A stretch of 64,000 nucleotides of DNA from Phoronis australis (Eukaryota > Animalia > Phoronida). This document shows, piece after piece, positions 39,888 to 53,510 of the stretch. Position 1 is the stretch's first letter. Each line of letters opens with the position of its first letter. The notes under the pieces are model-generated. The model worked only from the letters and a program-made list of their open reading frames with translations, did not search any database and was not told the DNA's origin. Made by a program: the position numbers and the translations under genes. Location: assembly GCA_002633005.1 (NCBI GenBank), contig NMRA01000139.1, forward strand, positions 186,001 through 250,000, written 5' to 3'.

Positions 39888-40543
39888 CTGTTGAAAAAGG
39901 AAACTGGTTACACTCCTAGAGGTCTCAGACCCCTAGCTAATTATGAGAGATGAATAGCTAGAACCATGGTCAACTACTTCATCGCCACGCATCGAAAACG
40001 AGATTCTTAGTCTAAACGACTTGTCAAAACATTCAATCAGTAGTTTTCCGTATTCTTCTCGATGACCACCTCCCCTCCTCTCATTACGCCCGCTACAGGA
40101 CTAACACATCGCTGCACCTATACCATTATAATGTACTTATTTTATTCAGACATTTAGAAAACTTAGCAAAGACTTTTTGGCATTTTGTTCTGGTCGGGGC
40201 TATTTGCCGAGAGGGCATACCTCACATCCAGTTGATCGCCAAAATTAGGGCCGAGTTAAAATTTCGACAGAAAGTGCTACCTCCACGGCCAGGAATGGAC
40301 GGCCAGGAAATTGCATAAACTGGTCTAAGGGGGAGTTAGGGGTTAAAGCTTCTCCTGGAAGACACGTTGAGCGAAAAATGCCACCGGTACACAAGAAACG
40401 GCCCCAAAAACCCCCTCTCTAAATTCGTAGGTGTTCGAAGATCAGCCCCTGAATTACAACTAAAGGAGAAATCTCCAGCAGAAAATTGACGTCTAAAAAT
40501 TGACATAAGTACCACTATTTTCATAGCAGGGGGTGCCACTTAC

Positions 40544-40750
40544 ATTCCACTGTTCCCAGTTCTTGCTCCACTTGCGTCAGAATTTCATCGAAAAGCCTGA
40601 GGCACTTTAGGTAGTTCTCTTCGCTGAAATCGGCGGCAAACCTGATTTTGGATGTACGGATCTTCTCCAAGTAGACATCTCGTAAATCAGGATTGCTATC
40701 GGCGAATTTTCTCAACTTGGCCTCTCGGCTGTCCTCGTATGTTAGATCAG
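40544..40750 (-). CDS. gdap1: GDAP1-like exon 4
   Basis: KFADSNPDLRDVYLEKI...FDEILTQVEQEL; tttcag / gtaagt; 207 nt, phase 1-1. Confidence 0.88.
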
Positions 40751-41207
40751 CTGAAATAGTCATTGTTTTAAAGGGAGAATTCTTCCTACTTATGGTCTCA
40801 ACAAGAAAATCACAAAGAGGGAGATTAACCAACAAATCATCAAATCATTTCGCCTTGTTTAGCTATCACTAACTTTGGAACAACATGTTGCAGAAACATC
40901 TCACGGGATTCATTTGAAAACTTTAGTTACTATGCTCTATGCTTTGTTTTCCAAAATATTATTCGGAACTGTTTTTAGAAAATTCCACTTTTGCACGAAA
41001 GACTATCAAATATAGGTCGCAGTTGCATCATACATTTTAAGTAACCACCAATGCTCTTCTCTACGTGGGCCAGGTCTCAACTCACTTCAAAATGTGTAAT
41101 GCTTTGAAACAAATTTTAACTAAAAGCATGCTTACTTCAAAAGGAATTATCGCGTGCGCTTTCATTTGCTATCAAACAAGAATAATGCAAACACAAAAAC
41201 AGCTTAC

Positions 41208-41408
41208 CACCCCTCATGAACCTGAAGACAAATCGCGGTATTTTGGGATTTTCAGCGTACTTATCATTATGCGCAGTGCCATAAGTCAAAAGGTATACGA
41301 TGGATAAACCTTCCTTGCCGTCCGGTTCGGTGTTGATGAGTTTCATGATTTTGTCGCAACGTGCCGCATCCTCGGTACCCGCATCTGGCCAAAGTTTTAC
41401 CGAATCCG
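41208..41408 (-). CDS. gdap1: GDAP1-like exon 3
   Basis: KLWPDAGT...LLTYGTAHN...PKIP; ttacag / gtaagc; 201 nt, phase 1-1. Confidence 0.85.
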
Positions 41409-42954
41409 CTGTAACACACGTTGACAATACAATCATACGTCACGTGACTGATGGAGACTGAGTAATAAGATATCAAGTGAACAACATATCTAACAGGAAA
41501 TTGCCATGTTCATCTTCACGTGTACAGTAAAAATTCTGACAAGGGCACATTTTTATCTTTCTAGTATTCAAAAATCAGTCTGGTAGCACCTTTTGGAAAA
41601 TCGGGGAGTGCGACAAAAGGCGAAATATGTATAATAAACTTTGTGAGTCGGGTTTCATCCCTGTTGCTGATGTAGGCCAAACAAAACACGTGTATCTAAG
41701 ACAACTCTAAACATAAAGATAAATGTTCTGTAATTTCTACATCTTTAATCAACTCGAAAAGTGACACACAGTTGTCGCTGTAAAATAAGAGTGCTCAATA
41801 AAGACGGTTAGAGGGTATTTGGCAGCTAGCTCAGTTTTAAAACATTCACCCAGCTCCAGCTGGGAGAATATCAGCTGCAGCGACAGGCGACATGATCGTG
41901 TTTACAGACAGAAATATCTGCCCTTGATACGGATGAATACTTTGTTATACTAGTACAAAGTTACGAAGGCCCATTGGTATGAGTCTTGGTAGAATGAACA
42001 CCAATGTTCAGTAAAAACGTTTCACCAATGTTCAATAAAAACGTTTCTACTGGTGACAAGCAGGTATTTTGCCGAAGGATCGGAAAAATTGTGAAATCAA
42101 CTTGTCCAGTTTCTCACAAAGTCTTCATTTTGTCTGACACTGGCTTTCATCGTTCATTTGATAATACAACAAAACATGAAGAATAATTACTAATCGACAG
42201 AAATTTTTCCAATTACAGGCCCATAGATGTACCTACAGTACGGGGAGGCTGTTCGTGAAAATTCAATGACTTGTTTTCAACAAAACAAACCCGAAAGTGA
42301 TTTTCACACTACTTTCAAAACCCCAAGGCAAAACACAGATCATGACATGCTTGCCTATTTTATTTTTTGTAAGCGCGCACCCGGTCGTCCTGCATACCTG
42401 CAAAAGAAGTCCAATTAAATAGTTGGGTCTTACTTTCATAAATCGTTGGAGAGACCGGTACAGACTGTGGTTATAATTTTTACAGTTTTCTGTAATAACC
42501 AGTACCCTGCGTTCAATTTAAGAGTCACTCTTTGAACAATGAAACCAACCATACACCACGCGTCAACTTCAACAGCTAAGAAGCAACCTAAATTTGTCAG
42601 CCATTTATCAATTGAACAACAATTCTAAAACCAATAACAGTCCTGTCATGCAAGTTGCAGTTTCCTTTAGGTTTATTGATACGCAGGGTCAATCTAAGCT
42701 TAAAAACACGAATTACATGTATCTAAAGTTGGAATTAATTGAGGCAAAGTTGAATTGCTTCAGAACACGTGCACTCTCAGTTACCAAAAGTCGGTATTCT
42801 ATCAATTTGCACTGAAACATTTATCTTACAAAATGTCCGACTCTCGAGATTAAATTCGAAACCCAAATGGTCAGACCAAATTTGGAGGTCGAAAGGTTCA
42901 AATACACATGAGAACACAGAAACAATTCAGATTACTTTAGATGGTTTCACGTAC

Positions 42955-43147
42955 GAAAAGTCTTTTCCAAATACTCAATAATGTCGCCAGAATCTGGAAG
43001 GCAGAAGTCGCCATGCTTGATGGCGGGAACTTGCATGTGTGGATTGATGCGCGCGAACCATGGTTGCATCAATGGTTCATGGCCGCTCAGAATGTGGTAT
43101 CGTATTAAACTTTTGGGTATCTTTTTCTCTTCAATTGCTAGAAGGAC
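42955..43147 (-). CDS. gdap1: GDAP1-like exon 2 (GST-N)
   Basis: VLLAIEEKKIP...QPWFARINPHMQVPAIKHGDFCLPDSGDIIEYLEKTF; ttgtag / gtacgt; absent from ORF track. Confidence 0.92.
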
Positions 43148-43249
43148 CTACAAATATAGTACATGAAAACGCTTGAAAAAGAGAAATCAATAACAAACTG
43201 TATTTTACATAAGCAATCAATGGTGGATATTCAAACTAAACCAAATTTT

Positions 43250-43560
43250 GTTTTCAGCCAGCTAAAAAGACGAAATGCAGCTTTAAGGGTCATTTTCAGC
43301 AGTTAGTTCATTTTCTAACCACCTGAATCGCTTTTAAAGCGAGAATTCTCGGCCAACGTAACGATAAACAAAGGCCTTCCCCAGCGCTCGAACTAACATT
43401 AGTTCCAGCCCAGCGCATGTATGTCCGTTGAAGTAAGCGTTCTGGCCAGAAAAGTGCTAGCAAACGTCAGTAGTTTCGGGAGCCTATCTCAAATTGCCAG
43501 CAAAAGCATTTTCTCAACTGCTCAGAATTCTAACGAGAGCTAGCCTTTTTGTCAATAGCA
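43250..43560. repeat. Dispersed repeat fragment, related copy at ~48715-49010
   Basis: agccagctaaa...cgaaatgcagc shared by both loci; boundaries approximate. Confidence 0.45.
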
Positions 43561-43699
43561 CAGTAGACATCCCCGATACTTCAAGGAAGCATAAATTTAG
43601 CTGGTGTTCGAAGATGGTGGTGGCAATCAAGTAACCATCACGGAAGTTTGAGAATTTTCTCAAGAAAAAAGGAATTACGTATGATATATGTGCACCATG

Positions 43700-43986
43700 C
43701 AGTGGCGGATTTAGGGGGGGGACAAGGGGGCCATGCCCCTCCCTAAAATTTTCACAGACTCCATTTGGCAGTTCGGGTGCGAATTACTGATTGGCAAATG
43801 CGCGCACCTAGGGGGCTCGGGGGGGAGGGGGAATGCACAATGCATGGCCTTGAACATGCCCCCGTTTCCCTTTTTTTTGTAATAAGGTCCACAAACTCAA
43901 AAGTTCAAGCATCCTGCATCCCTACGTGGCGAAATTTTATTCCTTTGCCCTGCCCCCCCCAACTCAAAATCCTGGATCCACCCCTG
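43700..43986. mobile_element. MITE with 5-bp TSD
   Basis: cagtggcggattt...ggatccacccctg flanked by CCATG (43695-43699, 43987-43991). Confidence 0.85.
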
Positions 43987-45362
43987 CCATGCATGCCCCA
44001 ACAAACAGGTGTTGCCGAGCGAATGCAGGACGTCAATAGAAGAGGCATCCGGACTTAGCAAGGCGTACTGGAATGAAACAGTAACGACAGGTTATGTGTA
44101 TCGTTGGCCAAATGGGTGAACGATAAGCACGTCAAATCGCGTGCGTAAATTGATTCTTATTAGTAGCGTGAATTACTTATTTGCGGCGATAATTGACTTT
44201 CAACGGCGCATAAACGATGCTATGAAAAAAGATGACTTCTAGTATTAAACTGAATCCGATAATATGGCGAATTCTAGGAGGAACCAGCAGTTTCGTGACT
44301 AGATGACATGCATAACTACACGGTCGGTGTGTAATTTCGAGGCCTATGTGAGATTTTACACACTGAGATTTTCACTAACGGTATTTTGACGAATGTTTAG
44401 TGATGATGTATCTGCGGCCACCACTATGAACTGAGTTGAACACAAAAATAGATCCAGTCAATTTTTTCCAAAATTTTGCATGCTCAGGTAACCACAGGGA
44501 CAATTTAGCACTTGGACTTTTTTTACGAAAGCTCTGGCAATGGTTGTACCCATTGCCTATATCCCCGGTGAATGGACAGGGTCCATGAGCCATGTAATAA
44601 ATTTTGAAGAGCTTAGTAATTGACAAGGTGACGCAAATCTGGCCATAGTTATTCTTGCTTTTAAATTTGCCGTTTCAATTTTATTTCGCTGTCCAAAACG
44701 TCAAAATGACGTCATGCTAACAAGCAACTGGCTGGCTAGGCACAATGGCTGTAGGCTGTAGCCAGAAGGTGTCTGAATGCGTCATCTTCTTCAAGGTCTT
44801 GGAGACTTGGAGAGGCACCAACAGCGAACCATCAATATAGAGACAACCCAGGTTGCATTAGGTTGTCATCGATGTTACCATGTTACGGCATTGTGCAACA
44901 AAGAACATGATCTCTAAAAAGGGAGCCTTTGAGAGAGGTGTGGTTATCCTATCACTGATGATGCTGGATGTGAGAGTTTAAAGTTACGCAGACACAGCGA
45001 TATGACGGGAACAAATAGCAGCAATCTACTTAAAAGTACGCAACGTGACGTTAACTTGCATCTTCGTACGCGATTTATCAGGTCGGGTTAGTTCACATTT
45101 GTCTTTTCAGCAAAGTAGCGTGTTATTATATATATTCGTGAATTGCAAAATGCGGCAATATAATGCTAGCGAAATCTCGTTGTTTTCAATATTCGAATAT
45201 ACACGCGGGGCTTGTCTGCAGAAAACTCCGGTATTGACCCACGTCGGCTTATTTGCGGTGATTTACGGTAGACAAATATGGTCGTAGACAGCAAACCTAT
45301 CAGTGGACAACCGTCTATTCTAGTCGTCACCTACTTGCAGATAACAAAAATGTAGTACTCAC

Positions 45363-45422
45363 CAAGAGCGAATAATAAGAGGGAGGAGAATAGTACAAAT
45401 CAACCGGTTTACTGGTCGCCAT
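45363..45422 (-). CDS. gdap1: GDAP1-like exon 1
   Basis: MATSKPVDLYYSPPSYYSLL|gtgagt; 60 nt; completes a 981-nt CDS (326 aa). Confidence 0.88.
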
Positions 45423-47659
45423 GAGAATTAGATTACGAACAAACTGAACAATTTGTAGATGCGAGATTGATCGGTAGAGGAGTCGCCAAGACGAACACCT
45501 CGGATGTTATTAGGTCAACAAGTTAGGTCAGTAGGTAATCTCGCCTCCCGCCAGAATGGGTAAAATTTTGAAAAGTATAAAAACGTGGCGTAAAACTTGC
45601 GTCACTAGTGTCTCCAATCTCTCTTTATTCATTAAACATACAACCTAATTCCCGGCGGAAAGCATGGGCTTGTGCCGAGGTGGTTTGCACATGTTAGAGC
45701 TCTAGCCGCGGAACATTTGTTCAGTTTGCGTTCGTTTATTTCGTTTATTTAGTCCCATGGAATTTAGTATTGTCACTAAAACTTGTTTTCAAGTTCGCCG
45801 TTTTTCAACAGAATTGCAAGTCATATTACCAGAAAGCCTTTTGTCAGTTCCTTATGGCATGGTAGGATTATGAGCCGAGAAGCAAACGCCAGTAATTTAA
45901 TTCATAAAAAATCATCAATTCGCATCATGGAGACAGATTTTATTGTTATCAAAATACGAAAAGCAACAGGGTGTTGTAGTAACATAAAAAGGAATTGAAC
46001 CAGTGAGGTTATATAGATGATAAAATCAGGAGGGAAATACTCTCGATGACTCAACAGCTAGATTTCTACCCTCTCAAGACAAAGATTTTAGAATATATGG
46101 ATCCCTCACAGTCACCCTCTGTGAAGGATTTAGTCAGGCATTTATTCCAAATTATACATCTTAATATATTAATTGGACCTTTGATGCCGTTTGATACAGT
46201 TATTCAGTATAAATTCAGTATGCGGTGATATTTGTAAACATTTGGTATAATTGCTCCACGAACTATCTGATCGGATCCGAAATTTGCAGATAAAGGCTTT
46301 CTCTGGTAGATAAAAAACGATCAAACTTCTATTGCATAGGTTTGAAATGTACCTAGGCCGCAGTGTAGCACTTTCCTTAGTAGTTTGTCAATAAACTCAT
46401 TTCTTCACTAGAAAGTAAAAAATTGTGATCCTTATACATGCAGTATCATTGTGTTGTCGTAAAGACAAGACATTGGCAACACATATTTTCGATTGTTATG
46501 TTACTAAAGAACACTGAAAAAGTGGGGGCTATAGCCCCCCAGCCCCCTATTAGAAAGTGGACTGTGGAAAATAGTGATGTTAATGACAACGAGATAAATG
46601 AACACCTGTCCCAGATTTATCAACATTCGAGAATGAAAAAACGTGACAGATGGATTGAACAGCGAACCTGAGACTACCGGATACAAAGTGGGTCATCTAG
46701 GTGTATGCCAAAACGCAAGGGCCTTGCCCGCCGGAATATACAAAAATGTCCAAACAGTTTTTTGTCGAACGGGAGACGTCACACTCAAAAGCACCCGACA
46801 GCTTTTTGTTGTTTTTTAAGTCACTAATAGACAATTGCGGGTGCCTCAAAAACCCATGAAAAGTATTTTCAGTCGAACAGGAAAATAATGGTCCTCGTCG
46901 GTTTCAAAAAAATTAAATCATATTTTCGTCAGAATTTCAGTGGTAATTTAGAGTTTTTGTCATACTTTAAAAGGTGCAGTAACTTGACTATAAAAGTAAC
47001 CACAAACTCTGGTTGCTTTAGACAATTTCAGCGTATTTCAGTTAGTTTCTGGCATGAACCGGTCATTGTCGGAGGCCTTTGGGCTTAGGATTGCCCCAGG
47101 AACAATACGCTGACGGCGCCGTTTACAGCATTCACCTCAGTCGTAAGCCATCCTTACCGTGTTATCCGGTAAAGAGTTATCAGTCTCCACGTGAAACCGC
47201 ACCTGGAAGGATTTTTAAACCAAAGAAACATGACGTAACGCGTACTGGGCATCAAGAGCGATTATGCCAAGCAAGGAACCATTTATGCTTTTGATAACTG
47301 TGTATAGTTCCGTCTGCTCTCCTTACTTGAAATTGCATCTTTACCGAAATATTTGTGGATTTCCAGGTGTTGCGGTGGTAGTTCTTGGTGAGCCGATTCG
47401 TACTGAGATGGCAGCCCCCGTTTTTTATTTTGATCGCATCTCTCGAGGTGAGGGAGTTGAACGCAGGGCCCTGTGTCTGGTTGCATGAAACAGAACCAAG
47501 TAGGGATTCCAACTAATTTCCCTAAATCTACTGAGTATTTTTGAAGTTGTGAAAACATCCATTGCCCTTTCTTGTATTGTTTTAGTTTCATTACTAAGTC
47601 AACTTTTGACTTTGATACAAATTGAGAGTGAACTCTACATTGAATTGCCACTATTTTTA

Positions 47660-47910
47660 CATGCCCCCCCCTAAAATTCTCCCAGATACCATTTTGCTGT
47701 TCGGGGTGCGAATTGCTGACTAACATATGAGCGCACCGGGGCTCGACGGGCGCAATGCAAATGCATAGGCCTTGAAAAAAACCCCGTTTACCGAAAATTC
47801 GAGACCCCTGCATCTCTACATTTTAGGCCGAGCGCGTGCATGTGGCGAAATTGTGGATATTCCTTTGCCCTGCACCTCCCCCCTTACTCAAAATCCTGGA
47901 TCCGCCCCTG
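47660..47910. mobile_element. 5'-truncated copy of the cagtggcggat MITE family
   Basis: ctaaaattctcccaga...ctcaaaatcctggatccgcccctg. Confidence 0.75.
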
Positions 47911-48445
47911 GAACCCCTGTAGATCCACCACGAGCTTCCAATCTCGGTGCATATGAACCGACCTGAGGTCACTACAACTCCACTTGCGTCACAGAAAATC
48001 TGCCGATATCCTTTCTTGCGCATAACATTTTTATAAACAGGACTACTCTTTTCTTGAACCAGGTAGTAGGTACAACGACGGACAATGAAAGAAAAGCAAA
48101 CATGAACGAACTTTTAAACAAAACTTTATTGTAATAAAATACTGCGGTAAATACATGAATGTAATGCTGGAAACTTCGGTGACTTTTTGATATAAATGCA
48201 AAAATCCTATCCGATGTCTCAATAAAACGAAAGTGACGTAGACAGTTATGTTAATGACTAAAATTTATAAAATAATTAACGTATGGATACAACAGAAAAC
48301 GAAACAGTAAAACAACGGCGGGTGTCAAAGATGTGCAAATTTACCCTCTGAACACAACGCCACCAAACTACACTACAAATGAGGCGATGGTGAAGTAGGA
48401 GTTACGTAGATAAATAAAGATGACAAGCGAAAACACACCAAGATG

Positions 48446-48508
48446 TTCGTAATTATTGTCACTTTTCGTAATTATTGTCACTTTTCGTAATTATTGTCAC
48501 TTTTCGTG
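48446..48508. repeat. 19-bp tandem repeat, 3 copies
   Basis: ttcgtaattattgtcactt. Confidence 0.85.
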
Positions 48509-49949
48509 TGGAACCTGAATAAGCCGATCAAATTAATTAAAGCTGAGCTTCGCTCTGTTTAACCGTTACGTGACTTTAAACATATTTCGAGATCTTAACC
48601 AAAGAGCTAAACCAAAAGCTGATCCGCTTTTTCCCCTAAGCAACAGAACACCAACGATGGTAAAGAAATATTTGAGACCAATTTCATAAGAGTAAAAGGC
48701 CTACTTCAATTTTCATTTCTTAGCCAGCTAAACAGGGCGAAATGCAGCAATAAATTCGCCGCCAACTAAAAGCGATTCGACAGTACACTATAGCCGTAAT
48801 GCCTTTCCACTGTCTCCAGGTCTCCATAGGTCAGATCCGAGCACTTCCTATCACAGCTAATAAGTTACAAATCAGTTTTCGTGAACTCTCAATAGATAGC
48901 GCTACACATTGCCTCAGATTCTGCTCAGCGATTTCAGATAAGGCCATGCATCTTGTAGAAGTATATCTTTAGTTTCAGCTGGATAAACAGCGGTGTTGTG
49001 GCTAGAAAGTATGTAGCATTGTCATAAAAGGTTTCCTGTGAACAAAACAGTAAGGTTTGCGTCAACTTTTAAATTTTACAATAAAATGTCTCGCCAATAT
49101 GACATTTCTTTGCAAAAAATAGAAAAATGGTCTTCTACAAGAGCACTCCTGAAATCTAATTCTTGTTGCATTATAAGCATGACTCAAGTTTGAACCCTGC
49201 CATAAATCAAACAAAGTAATAAAGAAAATTAACACCAAAGTACTTTAGACAACATATGATAACAACTGATATTATCCATTTCAAATAGACACATTAGGCG
49301 TATATGCAACAATGGTCTAGTTCACACAAAAGAAGACAGCTGAAATTCAAACTTTGACAGAGGCCCTGGATTTTGAGAACCTGTTTGATGTACCCTATTC
49401 AATGTACAAAACTCTGTATGTCAAACTTGCCCAAACATTGCCTTTATCACACAGGCTAGAATATATGTGTGAACAAGGGAAAATATTAAGTGAATTCAGT
49501 ATAAGCTTGCACCCAAGAGGTGGCACTGTCAGTAAGCTTTGAATCCAATCAGACAACTTGATGTTTAGTTGTTGAGGTTATAGGTCAGCAAGCAGACACA
49601 GATCTTGAGCGGTTACCAGGGTCCAAACCCCCAGGTGACAAGAGCCACTGGCGACTTCAGAAAGAGACCCCACTGGATATTTTTTGAAAACAAACCAAAA
49701 AAGGCAGAGTCTTTCAGAACTTAGAACAGGCAATGGAGGGAAGATATGACATCAATTTCTCTATTTCTGTATGCTAAAAGAACTGTTAAAATATTTCAAG
49801 TTGAACACATGTCAACCAAATTGTCACAGGAGTTCGGTTTCAGTAGCTGAACTCCAGACAACATGAACCATACCTAGTATTTCAATATGACCATTTAGGG
49901 CGCTGCGGCCAGCAACATACTTTTGAAGGAGACCTACCACTTTTTCCAA

Positions 49950-50395
49950 AAGAGGGAACGGTAGGTTTTTTAGAGAGAAGCTCACTTCCAAAAAAATTGT
50001 TATAAACCCTGGGTATGTCCTGGACCCCATACCTGGTAACACTGCTACCCTAGTTGGCAACACTGCTCCCCTAGTTGGCACTGAACACTGCTACCCTAGT
50101 TGGCAACACTGCTCCCCTAGTTGGCACTGAACACTGTTACCCTAGTTGTCAACACTGCTACGCTGTGGCAACATGCAACCTAACTGGCAATACTTTTTCC
50201 GAAAGAGGGAACTACAGGATTTTTTTGGAGAGAAACTCAGTTGAAAAACGGTTATAAACCCTAAGTATGTCCTGGACCCATACCTGGTAACTTGACACTG
50301 CTAAGCTAGATGGCAACACTGTTAAGCTAGGTGGCAACATGCTACAGCACCTAACTGGCAACACCGCTACCCTAGCTTGTAACACTACTAGGTTA
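49950..50395. repeat. ~250-bp dimer, each half ending in a ~21-bp minisatellite
   Basis: aaagagggaac...gttataaaccct..gtatgtcctggaccc..tacctggtaac occurs twice, followed by aacactgctaccctagttggc units. Confidence 0.8.
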
Positions 50396-51775
50396 GAATT
50401 CAAGGTTAAACTCTCTTTTGCAAAAAGAAAACTTGCTCAGTCAGCAAACTGCCCTAGCATAATTTTGTAATACACACATGGCCCATTGCCTGACTGTGAC
50501 ACTAGAAATTACAGACTTTAAATAGATAAAAATTCACATAAACTATCACAAAATGCAGGTTATTTTGGCATGTATGTATCACATATAAATTTATAGACAG
50601 AACAATACAATAGTATAATTTAAGATATTAAGATTATGAAGCTTAGTCATATTACTAGATAAAGAAATGTTAATTCTAAAGCAGGCTAGTTGTTACTACC
50701 TCATCAATTACATATCTCAAAATGGCAGCATTTCCCACCATCCCAACACAAATAATAAACAAAACAATATTTGAATGTGTAAGTTTTAAAAATAGAGTGG
50801 TAAAGCCCCAGACTACAATTGACGAACAAACGTTGTATTGAAACTGATTTGCATTGAGGAGTTAATCGCGATTATTTATGCAGAATTTGTGAAGCTAGTT
50901 CCAATAGCCCTTTTCAAGCAAAAATTAATTCACAAAATGGCAAACAAAATGAGACAGAAACAGTAACACACCCAGGATTACCACAAATTTGAAGGGGAAG
51001 CTCAGTCACACACCCCTAAAAGTGGACACCAATTTCGCAACCACTGCTTGGCACTTAAGAATCCATACCTGACTCTAAACCACAACACAGTGTGCATAAG
51101 GACAGATAATTCATCATATGTTGAGTAAAATCCACAGACAGAGATAATTATGTAGAAACAAAAAAGTCATCTCCAAACAACAACGAATCAAACTGCTGCG
51201 AGTGCAACCTCAGATTCTATAAACTCCACTCCAAATATGGGACAACCCTGCAACTTCATCACAGACATGCAATAAAAAGTCTTTAAAATATTGAAGGTCA
51301 TGATTATGTGTGAAGCGCAGTTACTTCAAAAGACAGAGTTTTGAACTCTTGATACTCATAAGGTCTAACAAGAAAATAATGTAATATGAGTGGACATTGA
51401 ACTAAAGGTCGAAAATCATTGGTGGCAGATGAAACTTCTAAATTAATTGAATTACAGATAAAAGCATCCGCAATGCCACTGGCTGAATACCATCTTCACA
51501 AAGAGACCAGTAATCGATTACTATCCGTGGTTGGTCAATACCACAGATCCCATAACTCTTTCTTTAATTTTCACAGCAATGCAGTCTTGAAGTGCACCCA
51601 TGGCTACATCATTAGCCGAGCACTTCTAGGGGTATTATTAGTACCACGTAATGTACAAAATGAGAACAGAGGATATAGTAGCAGTCAAACCTGTATGAAA
51701 CAAGTAGCGCCACCTGCTCAAGAGACACTTATTTGCCAAGTTTTGTGAAAAATCCTTAAAGGAGCTTTGCAGATA

Positions 51776-51921
51776 CATGAGCGGCGCAGCACTAAAAAAA
51801 GTAGAGCGGGGGTATAGCTCCACACCCTCTGTGGTGCACCACCCATAGACCATAAGCGGCACAGCCTTGAAATAAGTGGGGGGCTACGCCCCCCCCAGCC
51901 CCCTATGGTGCGCCGCTCATG
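51776..51921. mobile_element. MITE with 13-bp TIR and 5-bp TSD
   Basis: catgagcggcgca / tgcgccgctcatg flanked by AGATA; related fragment at ~46520-46550. Confidence 0.85.
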
Positions 51922-52944
51922 AGATACCAATGTTTCCCCTGCATGTAAAAATCTGGGAGGCCCGCCACTCTCCTTTTTGGCCCTGCCAGTGGCATAAAAA
52001 TTCAACGTTGTGTAGTGACAACTAGTCAGGACAGGACATGTTCAGTAATGGAACAAAATTTTCTAGACATTCATTTTTGTCAAGGAAATTGGCAAATAAA
52101 ACAATAATTTTCTGCCATGCGGTGTTGTAAGTTGAACACAAATATTTTAGTACTTCTAAATGGTCATTAAGTAAGTGAAGAGAAATACTTTGGACAAAAG
52201 CAACATAAAAATTGGCATTTATAACAACAAAGAAATCAAACCTTATGGCAGAGATGGACTTACGAATGGCATCTACAAACTAAAAATCTTTGATTATACA
52301 CTGTTGCGCAGCATAAGATAAAAGACAAAACTTAGTGCACAAAGGTGGGACGTGAAAATAAACTTGAGGGGTGAAAAAGCATTACATATAACGTGAAACT
52401 TTTCATGTGGTACCAGATGAAAAAAAGTTGCACCAATACTTCAGAGGTGGTATATAAGAATATACCACACTCGTAGCAGTGCTTTGACTACATGGAATAA
52501 AAGGTCCCCAGCCTTACAGATGCAATGCACAGCAGCTTTTAAAAAATGGTGACGATATTCTTCTCTTCAGAAATCGGCAAAATTTAAAAGCAAACATTTC
52601 CAACCAATTTTCAAATAATTCAGTGTTATTTTTTGTATGGTTTCCTCCTAGGTTTTTGCGATAACTTCAATGAAGCCAGATGAATTTTGAGAAACGATCA
52701 ACATTTTTTTGAAAATTATTGTATGAAAACAGCACGTGTTACCTAATAGCATGACTACTATGTTGGGACACCCACATTTTCCATTGGGCAATGATTTTTG
52801 TCTTGATAGTGCATCCGCCAGAAGAAATAAAGTACCGAGTAGAGGTCATTGGGTGGTATTTGTGACCTGTTAAATAATATCAAACTTGTTGCATCTCTTA
52901 AAGTGCACTTAGCATAGCTTTAACAAAATGTAAGAATCAGGATC

Positions 52945-53510
52945 TCAGATCGTTCCCGCTTCCATCATTTCATGTAAGTTGTCTACAATGCGTCCTAACT
53001 CGATCCTGTACGGCCCGTTTGGTAGGAATAGCGTTTCTAGGAATTCAGTGTTTGTATAAAAGTTCATCACATGATTGAGTCGACCTTTCGATTTCTCTGT
53101 TAAGTGCCTGTCAATCATTTTGTTTAGCAACGCCCCACATTCTTTAAGCAGCTTGGCCATATAGTTCTTATCAAAACTGAAATCGACCTCGTAGAAACTA
53201 ATAACTGTCAACGCCGTCGTGTGGAATTTCTGCTTGAAAGTCTCTGCCACCGCCAGCTCCTCTGCATTAAACTGATCATTCCGGTACAAAATGCTCATTT
53301 TGACCACAATTTTTATGATGTTTTTCATGATTTTTTCCGCATCCTTTTTATGGCCCGTGTAGCCCTTTGAGATATGGTACAGATCGTCTAACACTTTCCC
53401 AGTCAGCTCATCGATGAACACTTTGGCCACCTTCTTGCTTGACATTTTCCCAAGTAGTTTCTTCTGTGCCCTCAGGCCCAGACTCTGTGAACTGAAGGCA
53501 GTGTCTGTCA
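52945..53510 (-). CDS. tnfaip8: TNFAIP8/TIPE family protein, main coding exon
   Basis: FSSQSLGLRAQKKLLGKM...AEKIMKNIIKIVVK...SFYEVDFSFD...HLTEKSKGRLNHVMNF...MEAGTI; acceptor gttgtttcag at 53511, phase 1. Confidence 0.96.

Noticed and set aside
47283-47813. 176-aa minus-strand ORF
   Set aside because: Overlaps a MITE copy, has no recognisable domain and no clear splice structure
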